A stretch of 64,000 bases of DNA from the human T2T-CHM13v2.0 reference genome, Homo sapiens. Below are positions 41,251-57,260 of the stretch, piece after piece; the first letter of the stretch is position 1; every line of letters starts with the position of its first letter. The stretch lies in the NCBI RefSeq assembly GCF_009914755.1, contig NC_060926.1; one strand, given 5' to 3'. Under the pieces are notes generated by a model, which was not told the origin of the DNA, did no database searches, and saw only the letters and a program-made list of their open reading frames with translations. The position numbers and the translations under genes are program-made.

Positions 41251-44200
41251 AGATTTTGGTACCAGGAGTGGTTCTAGAGGAACTGAATTTAAGGATGGAT
41301 TTCTTTAGTTGGTTTTGGGGTTTCTGGAGTTGGCTTCTTAATCTGATTAAACCCCAAAATACTAAGGACTCTACTTCTAACAGTATGGAGAACACTGATA
41401 GTCTTTGGCATGAACTGTTTAGAGAGTTATACAAAATAAATGCATTTGATACTTCTGAATCATCACTTTTGAGGGGCAAGGAGTTTAGTGACTCTATACA
41501 TAATACCTTCAACCATATGTGGAGAACCAAGGAATATAATGAAGTTGGTTGCTCCTAAGTTCACTGGATAAAGTGACGAAAGAAAACAATGACCTCAGAG
41601 ATTCTAATTCCTGGCTCCAGAAGCATATACTGAGCCTCAAAACTTCTAAGACTGACCTGAGTGAGTCTTACCTCCTACAGACAAAGGGCTGACATTGTGG
41701 AAAATCAGACACAAGCCCTTATCGTGTGAGTGGCTGAGCTGCAACAAAAGGTGCACACTCAGCCTCACCAGGTGTCTACTGTTAAAGTGAGGGCATTGAT
41801 TGGAAAAGAATGGGTCCCTGCAACTTGGAATGGGGATGTGTGGGAAGACCCTGATGAGGCTGGAGCCACTGTGCCCAGTAGTGACAACATCCCTACCCAC
41901 AACCACACTACCATCAGCCTTCTCACCTTTCTCTGAGGAGAACAACCATGCACTGCCTGAGGCAACAGTGATGGCCTCCCCTGAGGCAGTTGCCATGCCA
42001 GACAATGCTGATTCTCCTCAGGACCCACCACAACAGCCCTGTTTGCTTCTAGACCTACAACTAGAATCAAGGGCCAGCAGACCCCTAGAGGTGAGGTTCA
42101 GAGTGTGTCTCACAGGAGGTGCACAAAATTCCAAAAGAACTGCTTGAGTTTTCTAATATAAGCAGAAATCTGGAGAACGGCTCTGAAAATGGATATTAAG
42201 GGTGTGAGATAATGGTGGAAAGAATATAAAGTTGGTTCAGGCTGATATGGCCTGAAAGATATGGGCCATCTAAGGAGGGCCCATATCCGCATTTAACGTT
42301 GCAGCTCTGGGAGTTATATTGATATGGGCCCTCCTTAGAAGGCCCTCCTTAGAGGGCCCATATCTGCATTTAATGTTGCCAGCTCTGGGAGTTAAAAAAC
42401 GTTCTAATAGTTTATTTGCTTGGTTAACTGAAACATGGACCAAAGATGCCCCACTGTGAGTGAGCTGGAAATGCCTGATCTCCCTTGGTTTAATGTAGAG
42501 AAAGGGATCCAAAGGCTTAGGGAGATTGAAAGGCTAGAGTGGATTAGTCACTTTAGACCTACTCATCCCAGCTGAGAGGGTCCAGAAGACATACCCTTCA
42601 CCAATACCTTGCAAAACAGATTTGTGAGGGGAGCACCTACATCCTTGAAGAGCTCTGTCATTGCTCTTCTCTATATGCCACATCTTACAGTGGGAACCAC
42701 AATCACTCAACTGGAAAACTTAAACACAATGGGAATAATTGGATCCTGAGGTGGCAGGGGCCAACTGGAGGCACGCAACAGTCAAAGGCAAGGTGGGTGT
42801 AGTTACCATAATGAACAGCAGAGGCAAAGAAGCAATCAGAATAGTCTGATTCATGTAGAGCTCTGGCATTGGCTAATTAATCACAGTATTCCTGGAAGTG
42901 AAATTGATAGGAGGCCTGCTGTATTCTTACATAATTTGTACATGCAGAAAACTTCCAGGCTGAATGGACAAAAAACTAATTTTAATTATAAAAATAGGGA
43001 ATCATGACCCCTCAATCAGTTTTCAGACTTGAACCAGTTAACAGAGCCAGAACCCCTTTAATGAAGGAGAGGTCAGGTCCCGTTGAGGAAGAACCCCACA
43101 ACACTACTGACAATTTATACTGTTAATCTCTCTCCCATCCTTCCCCAGGGAGACATCCAGCCTTTTACTAGGGTGTATCAGTCCATTCTTATGCTGCTAA
43201 TAAAGCCATGCCCAAGACTGGGCAATTTATAAAGAAAAAAGAGGTTTAATGGACTCACAGTACCATATGGCTGAAGTGGTCTCACAATCATGGCAGAAGG
43301 CAAAGGAGGAACAAAGGCACCTCTTACATGGTGCCAGGCAAGAGAGACAGCATGTGCAGGGGAACTACCCTCTATAAAACCATCAGATCTCATGAGACTT
43401 ATTCATTATCACAAGAACAGCACGTGAAAAATCCAACCCCATGATTCAATTACCTCCCACCACGTCCCTCCCACAACACTTGGGAATTTTGGGAGCTAAT
43501 ATTCAAGATGAGATGTTGGTGGGGACACAGCCAAATCACATCATTCTGCCCCTGACTCCTCCCAAATCTCATGTCCTCACATTTCCAAACCAATCATGCC
43601 TTCCCAACAGTCCCCCAAGGTTTTAACTTATTTCAGCATTAACGCAAAAGTCCACAGTCCAAAGTCTCATCTGTAACAAGGCAAGTCCCTTCTGCCTATG
43701 AGACTGTGAAATCAAAGGCAAGGTAGTTACTTCCCAGATATAATGAGGGCACAGGCATTGGGTAAATACACCTATACCAAATGGGAGAAATTGGCCAAAA
43801 TGAAGGGGCCACAGGCCCCATGCAAGTTTGAAATCCAGTGGGGCAGTCAAATCTTAAAGCTCCAAAGTGATCTCCTTTGACTCCATTTCTCAATCCAGCT
43901 CACGCTGATGCAAGGGGTGGGTTCCCATGGTCTTGGGCATCTCTGCCCCTGTGGCTTTGCAGGGTACAGCCTCCCTCCTGGCTGCTTTCCTGAGCTGGTG
44001 TTGTGTCTGTGGCTTTTCCAGATACACAGTGTAAGCTGTTTGTGGATCTACCATTCTGGGGTCTGGAGAACAGTAGCCTTCTTCTCACAGCTCCACTAGG
44101 CAGTGCCCCAGTAGGATTCTGTGTGGGGGCTCCCACCCAACATTTCCCTTCTGCACTGCCCTTGCAGAGGTTCTCCATAAGGACTCTGCCCCTGCAGCAC

Positions 44201-47200
44201 ACCTCTGCCTGGACATCCAAGCATTTCCATACATCCTCTGAAATCTAGGCAGAGGTTCCCAAACTTCAATTCTTGACTTCTGTGCAGCCACACGCCCAAC
44301 ACCATGTGTAAGCCACCAAGGTTTGGGGCTTGCACCCTCTGAAGCAATGGCCTGAGCTGTACGTTGGCCCCTTTTAGCCACAGCTGGGATGCAGGGCACC
44401 AAGTCCCTAGACTGCACACAGCAGCAAGATCTGGACCCTACCCACAGAACCTTTTTTTTTTTTTCCTACTAGGCCTCTAGGCCTGTGATGGGGGCACTGC
44501 TGTGAAGGTCTCTGACATGCCTGGAAACATTTTCCCCACTGCCTTGGTGATTAACATTTGGCTCCTCATTGCTTATGCAAATTTTTGCAGCCAGCTTGAA
44601 TTTTTCCTCAGAAGATGGGTTTTTCTTTCCTATTGCATCAGACTGCAAATTTTTCAAACTCTATGCTCTGCTTCCCTTGTAAACATGTTATGATTCCAAA
44701 CCATATTTTTGTGAATAAAAAACTGAATGCTTTTAAGAGCACCCAAGCCATTTCTTTGAACACATTGCTGCTTAGAAATTTTTTCCACCAGATACTCTAG
44801 CTCATATCTCTTAAGTTCAAAATTCCACAGATCTCCAGGGCAGGGGCAAAATGCCATCAGTCTCTTTGCTAAAACATAAGAGTCACCTTTGCTCCATTTC
44901 CCAACAAGTTTCTCATCTCCATCTGAGACCACCTCAGCCTGGACTTCATTGTCCATATCATTATCAGCATTTTGGTTAAAGCCATTCAACAAGTCTCTAG
45001 GAAGTTCCACACTTTCCCACATCTTACTGTCTTCTGAGCTCTCCAAGTCTCCAGGAAGTTCCAAATTTCCCATATTTTCCAGTTCTTCTTCTGAGTCCTC
45101 CAAACTTTTCCAACCTCTGCCTGTTACCCAGTTCCAAAGTTGCTTCCTCATTTTCATGCATTTTTAGAGCAGAACCCCAATCTATTGGTGCCAATTCACT
45201 GTATCAGTCCATTCTCACGCTGCTAATAAAGATATACCCCAAAACTGGATAATTTATAAAGAAAAAGAGGTTTAATGGACTCACAGTTCCACATTAACTG
45301 TTAGGTTGCGGGGGGCCTCACAATCACGGCAGGAGTTGAAGGAGAAGTAAAGGCATGTCTTACATGGTGGCAGCCAACAGAGAGCATGCAGGGGAACTAC
45401 CCTTTATAAAATCATCAGATTTCATTAGACTTATTCACTATCACCAAAACAGCATGGGAAATTCCCACCCCCATGATTCAATTACCTCCCACCAAGTCCC
45501 TCCCATGACATGTGGGGATTATGGGAGCTACAATTCAAGATGAGATTTGGAAGGGGACACAGCCAAACCAGACCACAGGGTAACTGCACTGGGGAAAGGG
45601 GAATGACCAGACCTTTGAGGGGCTGCTGGACACTGGCTCTGAGCTGACATTGATTCCAGGGGACCCAAAACATCAATATTGGTCCTCCAGTTAAAGTAGG
45701 GTTTGTGAATGTCAGGTAATTAATGGATTGTTAGTTCAGGTCTGAGTTACAGTGTATCCAATGCATTCCTGGACTCATCTTGCAGTCATTTCCCCAGAGC
45801 CAGAATGCATAATTGGCATAGACATACTTAGCTGCTGGCTAAATCCCCACATTGGCTCCCTGACTTGTAGGGTGAGGGCTACTATGATGGAAAAGCCAAA
45901 TGGAAGCCTTTAGAGCTGCCTCCACCTAGAAAAACAGTAAATCAAAAACAATATCACATCCCTGGAGTGGCTGCAGAGATTAGTGCCACCATCAAGGACT
46001 TGAAAGACGCAGGGGTGGTGATTTCCATAACATCCATATTCAAGTCTCCTGGTTCGTTGTGCAGAAGACAGATGGATCTCTGAGAATGACCATGGGTTAT
46101 CATGAGCTTAACCAAGTAGTGACTCCAGCTGTAGCTGCTGTACCAGATGTGGTTTCACTGCTTGAACAAATTAACATATTTCCTGGTACCTGCTATGCAG
46201 CCATTGATCTGGCAAATGCCTTTTTCTCCATTCCTGTTCATAAAGGCTGCTAGAAGCAATTTGCCTCCAGCTGGCAAGACCAGCAGTATACCTTTACTTT
46301 CCTACCTCAGGGGTATGTCAACTCTCCGGCTTTGTGTCATAATCTTGTTTGCAGAGCCCTTGATTGCTTTTCCTTTTCACAAGATATCGCATTGATCCAT
46401 TATATCGATGACAGTATGCTGATTGGATCCAGTGAGCAATAAGTAGCAAACACTGGACTTATTGGTGAGACATTTGTGTGCCAGAGGACAGGAAATAAAT
46501 CTAACTAAAATTCAGGGACCTTCTACCTCAGGGAAGTTTCTAGGGGTCCAGTGGTGTGGGGCACGTTGAGATATTCCTTCTAAGGTGAAAGATAAGTTGC
46601 TGCATTTGGCCCCTCCTACAACTATCTGGATTTGGGAGGCAACACATTCCTCATTTGGGTGTGTTATGCCAGCCCATTTACTGAGCGACCTGAAGTGTGC
46701 CAATTTTGAGTGAGGTCCAGAGCCAGGCTGCTGTGCAAGCTGCTCTGCCACTTGGGCCATATGATCCAGCAGATCCAATGGTGCTTGAGGTGTCAGTGGC
46801 AGATAGGGATGCTGTTTGGAGCCTTTGGAAGGCCCCCATAGGTGAATCACAGCAGAGGCCTCTAGGATTTGGGAGCAAGGCCCTGCCATCTTCTCCAGAT
46901 AACTACTCTCCTTTTGAGAGACAGCTCTTGGCCTGTTATTAGGCTTTGGTAGAAACTGAACTTTTGACTAGTGGTCATCAAGTCACCATGAGACCTGAAC
47001 TTCCTATCATGAACTTGGTGCTTTCTTACCCATCTAGCCATAAAGTGGGTCATGCACAGCAGCATTCAGTCATCAAATGGAAGTGGTATATACGCGATCA
47101 GGCTTGAGCAGGTCCTGAAGGCACAAGTAAGTTACGTGAGGAAGTGGCTCAAATGCCCATGGTCTCCACTCTTGCCACCCTGCCTTCTCTCCCTTAGACT

Positions 47201-47911
47201 GCCCCGATGGCCTCATGTGGAGCTGACAGAGGAAGAGAAGACTAAGGCCTGGTTCACAGATAGTTCTGCATGACGTGCAGGCACCACCCAAAAGAGGACA
47301 GCTGCAGCACTACAGTCCTTTCCTAGGACATCCCTGAAGGACAGTGGTGAAGGGAAATCTTCCCAGTGGGCAGAACTTCGAGCAGTGCACCTGGTTGTGC
47401 ACTTTGCTTGGAAGGAGAAATGGCCAGATGTGCAATTATATACTATTTCATGGGCTACAGCCAATGGTTTGGCTGGGTGGCCAGGGACTTGGAAGAAGCA
47501 TGATTGGAAAATTAGAATACAGATGGGTAGTAGAAGAAGGTAGTCATTAATACCAGCTACGACTACATGACCAGTTGCAGAAATGAGAACTGTAATTGTC
47601 ATGAGTATTTCCTCCTTATTTTGCTAAGAACATGTTCATGCATATATACACTTGTACTAAGAAAATATCTTCATTTTATTTCCTTTCTTTTTCCTTTATC
47701 AAGTAACATAAGATTTATTGACTTCATGTCATTATTTAAGTGTTGTTATCTTTATGTAATAGCATTTAGGTTAAGGATTAGTATGCTCCCGGTTGTATGA
47801 AGGATAGCTGTATTATGTTAGGCATAATTATGACCTTATTATTGTCTTTATTTGAAGATTATGTATGATTTCAGGAGATGTATATGGGTTTAAGTTGACA
47901 AGGGGTGGACT
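41251..47911 (+). mobile_element. HERVL internal region (defective gag, pro, RT, RNase H), interrupted by THE1C
   Basis: GATTTTGGTACCAGGAGTGG after the LTR; gag N-terminus FWSWLLNLI; protease LLDTGSELTLIP (DTG 45629-45637); [15 protein letters not shown] and YIDD (46401-46412); PPT-like AAGGGGTGGAC; many stops and frameshifts. Confidence 0.93.
43174..45575 (-). mobile_element. Complete THE1C MaLR provirus (LTR 43174-43543, internal 43544-45199, LTR 45200-45575)
   Basis: Two LTRs starting TGTATCAGTCCATTCT on the + strand; MaLR ORF remnant 44654-45157; TSD TAGGG/CAGGG. Confidence 0.93.
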
Positions 47912-47933
47912 TATGATAGTTAATACTGAGTGT
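47912..47933 (+). mobile_element. 22-bp stub of the HERVL 3' MLT2A LTR
   Basis: TATGATAGTTAATACTGAGTGT directly after the PPT, then similarity is lost. Confidence 0.75.
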
Positions 47934-48799
47934 ATTCATTCACTTCCGGGTGATTTGGCAACTGCTTTTACCTCTGGTTGTATTGACTGGGAAGTGAAAA
48001 GCAGTGTTTTTTTCATGCATCTAAGAAACAACATAGCACAAATTTATCTACCTGTGGGTATTTCCCTTTTAAGTCTTCTTCAAGACTTGGTTATGGTTGT
48101 GCAAGAAATAGATAATTGAGGTCATTTATCTCATAGGAAATACTCATTACAATGTCAAATATAGGCCTCACTTCTCTGTTCCCATGCCTTTCTGCATGCA
48201 CTATTACCTTTCATTTCAACGATACATACAGTATATTTTTAGGACATTTTGAGAGGCAGCAAACTCAAAATATGTAGTAACAATAATGAACCTAACATAT
48301 TTGAGGTGATGGCAAGATGAACAGAAATAACAAAATTTACAAATGGGCTGGCTATTATTATATATTTCTGTTCTTGTAGGTCGAAAACAGTTCAATATTG
48401 GCAATTTCATATTGTTTAATCCTGTATGTCATGATTGCCATATCCCCAAAAGTGATTGTAAAACACCATTCATATGACACATGATTTCAGAGACATTACA
48501 ATGTGGAAAAAAATGTGTAAATCAGAATTTAAAAATGGTATTTTTCAATTAACGCTTTCCCTGAAAAAAAGTTATATATGATTTTAAGAATTATTAGTGT
48601 TAATGTCAGACATGAGAAAAAATTCTGCGATAAGAAAACCGATAAGGAGGATAGTTTCACTGAGTATTTCAAAGACCCATTAGAAGAAATGTCCTCTACC
48701 TGTTTCAGCAATACAACGGTGTCTTTTCAGTTTTTTTCCTATTACGCTATGTCACATAATGTTTAGTACTGGAGTCACATGTACAGCTTCTTATCTCTT

Positions 48800-48920
48800 T
48801 TACTGTATAAACTCTTTAAGATCAGGGATCAGTTTTTGGTCATCTGTGTGTCTCCTTCACCAGGTAGCATGGGGCTTCATATAGAAAAATGATCACTATC
48901 TACCTGATTGAATGAACGGA
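48800..48920 (+). mobile_element. L2 3' end
   Basis: TATAAACTCTTTAAGATCAGGGATCAG...GATTGAATGAA. Confidence 0.6.
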
Positions 48921-49894
48921 TGCTAGAAAAATGTAAAAGGAGCTTGTAACAGTCTCCGCACTTACAATTTATTTGGGGAGATGAAATTAACTTGCATAAA
49001 ACTAAGACTATTCTATTCTATGTACAGTAATATTTCAGAAAATAAAAAGAATTCTTTCTAAAGATGTTTACATGAGAGACATGGTATTTCAACTGTGCTG
49101 AGAACAGATGAACATGGTTTAGATAGATGAGGCAAGAAATGAAAGACATCACTGGACACTGAAAAAAATGACAAAAAGAGAGAAAATGTAAGAAATAAAA
49201 AAAAAGCTTGAGTTGGGTGAAGTCAGTGAGGAAATTCTTATTCTACTCTTGTAAAACAGTTTTTGTTTAAAATGTACAGTCTTGAATTATGATCACTTAA
49301 GAGGCAGACAGATATTTAATATTCATACTGGAAATAGCCATATCCATGAATTACAACGCAAACTGTCAACGTTAAATATACAACTACTGATCTCTTATGC
49401 CACTTGACTCCTACTGACATGAAAAACCCACAGTTCAACATTGTCATAGATGTGAATATAGGGTTACTAAATATATTTTAAATTCATTATACTTTTTGTA
49501 CTTTGATGACTCATTAAATCATTTACCATTGACTCTTTATCCTCTAGTATTTCATTAAAAGCTATTTTACAAGAGTATAGGTCATGTTCTTTTGCACAGT
49601 TGAATTAAGATTCCTTATAAAATATATGACCTTATTTTCAGCATCCTCAATTGAATTATAAACAGAGATGACTGTGATAATTACACAACACTAAGTCCAC
49701 TGAGCCTTCAGAGGTGCTTGGATCAGTACTGACCACAAGTGACTACTTATATATTAGGTCTGTTTGATTACACTTAAAGTGTAGGAGCATACCGCTATCT
49801 TAAATCTTACTAGTTTTTTCATTTTTGCCTTCTTATAATTAATTCATACAAATGGCTTGAATCCTGTAGATACTTTACTTTTAGAAATCTTAAA

Positions 49895-49966
49895 TTTCTT
49901 TTTTAAAATTTATTTTACTTTAAGTTCCAGAATACATGTGGAGAATGTGCAAGTTTGTTACATGGG
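49895..49966 (-). mobile_element. Very short L1PA 3' terminal fragment
   Basis: TTTTATTTTACTTTAAGTTCCAGAATACATGTGGAGAATGTGCAAGTTTGTTACATGGGT. Confidence 0.75.
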
Positions 49967-50279
49967 TTTGAATTTCAACATGAAGTTCTTTTACCTATGT
50001 AGTTCTTGGTAAACTACCAAATTCCCCTAAACTTCAGTTTGTTAACTATAAAGCAGGATTAATAATAATACCTATTGAACTATCCTACTAAATGATATTT
50101 TGATGACCGTCAAGGATGAAGTGGGCTGAAACTGAAAAATAACCCTAAAGTTTTCAAAATTACGGCCAGTTTTCTCTTTAAAATTTTTTTTGTCTCAGTT
50201 TAGCCTATAATTAGAATATTTTGGAGGACTATGTTTATTACTCATTTCTTAGTATTTTTAACCCATATTTTTTTCTTCA

Positions 50280-51285
50280 CTAATATAGTTTATTTTAAAT
50301 TTATATGCTACAAAATAATGCACTTTTTTGGTATAAAATTCTATGAATTTTGACACATGCATAGATTAATGTGTCATTACTCACCATCAAAATAGAATAC
50401 AGAACAGTTCCATCAGCCAAAACTATTCCCTTATGTGACCCCTTTTAGTTAAATCCTGCCCCCTCTGCTTCTAATCCCCGGAAACTCCTGATATGCTCTC
50501 AATTTAATACATTCTACATCATGAAATTAATACATGCTTATTGTAAAAGGTTTTAAAATGGTATACATTAGTATGTAAGTTTAAAAATGAGTCTTCTCAT
50601 TCCTTTTACCAATATCATCCCTCTAAGCTTATCAATTGTAATAGTATATGTATCCTTTTACAATTTTCTCAATGTTCAACTTATACAAGTATTTACAAAT
50701 GTATCTAAACTTACAGAGTCTCACTCCTATTTTTTTAAGTGAAACCATTCTAGTATAGAGTTTACATCTCACTTTTTCAATACTAACATATTTGGGGAGT
50801 ATTTCCACATTAATGTAGAACTCTATTTCACTCCTCCTAATAGCTGCCTATGTTCCATGGTTTGATTATACTATAATCAATTTAGTCAGTCTCCTGTAAT
50901 GGCAATCATTAAGATTGTTTCTAATTTAGGCAGTTACAAACAATGCTGAAATCAAGAGATGGTCCTATATACTGATGTTTTTATTCCTGCATGAAAGACT
51001 TCTAAAACAGGATTGCTAGTCTAAAGCTATGTATTTATAATTTTAATAAATATTATAAGGTTATTTCCTCAAGAGATAGTAAAAATTCACACTCTTTCCT
51101 TTGCCCACAATGAATGCTATCAGTCTTTAAATGAAATATTGTTTTAATTTGCCTCCCACTGGCTACTATTGAAGATTAAGATTTTTACATATTTATTGGC
51201 TATTTGATTTTTTTCTTCCCTAAATTCTTTGCCAATATCACTGAACAAATGTCTATTGGGTTATTTTTCCTTTTCCCATGATAAA
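50280..51285 (-). mobile_element. Old L1 (MD/ME-type) 3' fragments
   Basis: AATTCTATGAATTTTGACACATGCATAG...ATACAGAACAGTTCCATC; TTTTTACATATTTATTGGCTATTTG. Confidence 0.6.
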
Positions 51286-52135
51286 AGAAGGTTCCATGTA
51301 CTTGACACAGAGCAGATCCTGAGCAAACTGAATTAAAATTTTCCTTTATCTTTTCCCAATTGTTGTCTCAAGTTAGCAACCTTTCTGACATGGTGGCAAG
51401 ACACTTTCACATATTAGAATACACTTCTGTAAAATAAGAAACAGTTGCTCCATTTACATTACAATAATTTCAAGACAAATCCTTTATGGATAATTCTCCA
51501 AGATAATGTGCCTTCGTATATGGCCCCAGAAAGAGCTTTCAGAACACATGTGTTTGTTTTCTCTTCCCTCCTTACATCTTTACCCAAAGGAGACTCTCAA
51601 CATCTCCTTAGATGCTGCAACCCTAATTAGCCCTCCAGAGGACTCTCAGGAGCACTCTCAGGGGAGTTTTCCAACTAAGTAACTAAGGGATCAAGCATAA
51701 CTGCATTTTCATTCAAAGGAGCCACTCTCTAAAGGCATGAAGAGAAAGCGGAATGATGTCTTTTGAGTTTAATACAGTAAGAGGAAGGAGAGACTGGGAA
51801 AAATATTAGGAAATCAAGGCCAAAGCAGGGTAGGGCAAGAGAAGGACCACTTGCTGGGGTGAATAATGGCAGGTACTATCTTGATTTCCTGCTCTAAACT
51901 CGTCACAGAGATTTCTTTCATAAAGTTTAGTAGAGAAACCACCTTTGCCAAAATGTCAGAGCATTTCTCATCTTCAAGTCCAGTTACCAAACATTAATGA
52001 TTCCTATCAGAGAGGAGTTTTTATTATTCCATTGGTGTTCTCTTTTTTGTAAGTCCCTAGTTCTGTTTCATAAAAGTTCTGATTCAGTAAAAAACCTGTA
52101 TACCCTCTGAGGCTTCCTCCACTTAAGAAAATAAA

Positions 52136-55075
<2,940 letters not shown>

Positions 55076-55449
55076 TCAGTTTAATTTGGGGTATAACTTA
55101 TGTCAATAGGAACAAATTTTTTTTTAAAAAAAGTCATATCCTACAAGAGGAAAAATATGCTTTGGAAATGGTCCTGGTAAATATGAAATAAGCCATGAAG
55201 AAATTCTATGCTTCAAATAGGCTGAAAATTCATCCAAGTCTCAAACCTGACGACTCTGCCTTTTTCTCTCTTGGATATCCTCTGCCAATTAGCCAAGGAG
55301 CAGAGAAGAGCAAAGGTGAAATCACTATAGGAAATGGATGAAATTCTTTATATTCCATAGGCCAACTTCTAAGAGAGATGACTCATTCTTTGGCTCTCAA
55401 AATGATATCCCAGGACGACCCTTCTACATCAAAAAGGAGAACAGAAGAC

Positions 55450-56270
55450 ATTACTGTACACTACTGGACACTTTATAAACCCTGTACACTTAGGCTACAC
55501 TAAATTTGTTTTTTAAATGTTTCTTTCTTCAATAAACAAATTAACTTTTTCTTACTGTAACTGTTTCATTTTACAAACTTTTAAATTAAAAAACATTTCG
55601 ACTCTTTTGTAGTAATACTTGGCACAAACACATTGTACTGTTGTACAAAAATATTTTCTTTCTTTATGTCCTTATTCTATCAGATGTTCTGTATTTTTAA
55701 AACTTGTATTTTTTTTTTACTTTTTAAATATTTTGTGTAAAAACTAAGATACAAACACACACATTACCCTAGGGCCACACAAGGTCAGGATAATATCACT
55801 GTCTTCCTCCTCCATATCTTGTCCCCATGGAAGTTTTTTGGGGGCAATACCACGCATGGAGCTGTCATCTCCTTTGTTAACAATGCATTCTTTTGAAATA
55901 CCTCCTGAAGGATCTCCATGAGGCTGTTTTACAGTTAACTTATTAAAAATATAAGTAGAAGGAATACTCTATAAAATAACAATAAAAAGTATAGCATAAC
56001 AGTACATATACCAGTAACATAGTTATTTATTTTCAAGTATTATGTACTGTACATAATTATATGTGCTCTACTTTTATACAACTGGCAGTGCAGTAGGTTT
56101 GTTTACATCAGCATCACCACAAACATGTGAGTAATGCATTGTGCTATCACATATGATGGCTACCATGTCACTAAGCAATAGGATTTTTCAGTTCCATTTT
56201 AATATTATGGGATCACTATCATTGTATATGCTGTCCATTGTTGACTGAAATGTTATATAGCACATGACCG
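55450..56270 (-). mobile_element. Tigger3b (MER7B-like) TcMar-Tigger element, one end
   Basis: CAGTAGGTTTGTTTACATCAGCATCACCACAAACATGTGAGTAATGCATTG...TTGACTGAAATGTTAT...CATGACCG followed by TA. Confidence 0.85.
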
Positions 56271-56690
56271 TACATATATGACTCAGTGGCAAAGCCCTTC
56301 CCTAGGATAACATGAGGAATACAAAGGAAATCAAAGATTTAAATTTATTGTCACTCTTCTACTTTCTCTGGGGTCATTTACATAAGAAGAACAAGAAGAC
56401 ACAGCTGCTATTGCAAGGAGGCTTATTGCCATCTAATACTGCATGGGGCCCCCAGGGTCAGTGAAGTGTAGTTCACAATGCTAAGTTCTGAATAGGATTT
56501 TATCAAGCGGTCCTGACATAAACTTCACTTGCAGGAAACTACAAATATGCATCTCATAGGATATTTTGCTCCTTTTATCTACTGTGGTTTTTATTCCTTC
56601 AATTTTCATCATTTCTGGCTTTCACTTAATTCTGTCAAAAACTACACTCACCAAATCCTTGTGCCCTAAAAATTTTAAGAATAAAATATT

Positions 56691-57003
56691 GGGTGAAGGG
56701 GGCTGCTGGAAAAATGTCGGTCAAAGGGTACAAAGTTTGAGTTAGACAAAAGGAATACATTTTTTAAGACCTTCTGCATAGCATAGTAACTGTAGTTAAT
56801 AAGGTGTATTTCAAAATTTCTGAGAGTAAAGTTCAAATAGTCTCACCCCAAAAAAATAAGTATTTGAGGTGATGGATATCTTAATGAGATAAATTTGATC
56901 ATTCCACATTATGTACATATATCATAACATCACATTGTACCCATAAATATATGCAATTATCATTTGTCAACTAAAAGTAAAAATAATTTTTAAAATAAAA
57001 TAT
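56691..57003 (+). mobile_element. L1MA8/9-like 3' end
   Basis: GGTCAAAGGGTACAAAGTTTGAGTTAGAC...GAGGTGATGGATAT...ATCATAACATCACATTGTAC; AATAAAATATT duplicated at the flanks. Confidence 0.85.
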
Positions 57004-57119
57004 TACTAATAAAAAGAATAACATATTGCTCTACAAGTATTTTCTCCTCAATTTGAAAGCTTTATGGATCCATCTTAGGTCAAAGAAATTTTACCAAAAA
57101 AAAATAAATTTCCTATTTG

Positions 57120-57260
57120 ATAATAATAGCTATCATTTATCAAATGCTTAGAATATTTTGAGCATGCTGTTAAGCACTTTCTATATAGTACTTCATTTTA
57201 TTCTCACTTCAACTGTATATAGCTCTATTATTATTATTCCCATTTTACAGATGAAATAAA
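57120..57260 (-). mobile_element. MIR
   Basis: ATAATAGCTATCATTTATCAAATGCTTA...ATTATTCCCATTTTACAGATGAA. Confidence 0.75.

Noticed and set aside
41256-41558. 100-aa ORF after the MLT2A LTR
   Set aside because: HERVL gag N-terminus cut short by frameshift and stops
44990-45110. Tandem duplication CAAGTCTC(T/C)AGGAAGTTCCA...TCTTCTGAG in THE1C-int
   Set aside because: As I recall, it is shared by many THE1C/D internal sequences and is not locus-specific
44654-45157. 167-aa ORF
   Set aside because: Remnant of the THE1 internal ORF with a frameshifted tail; no sign of domestication
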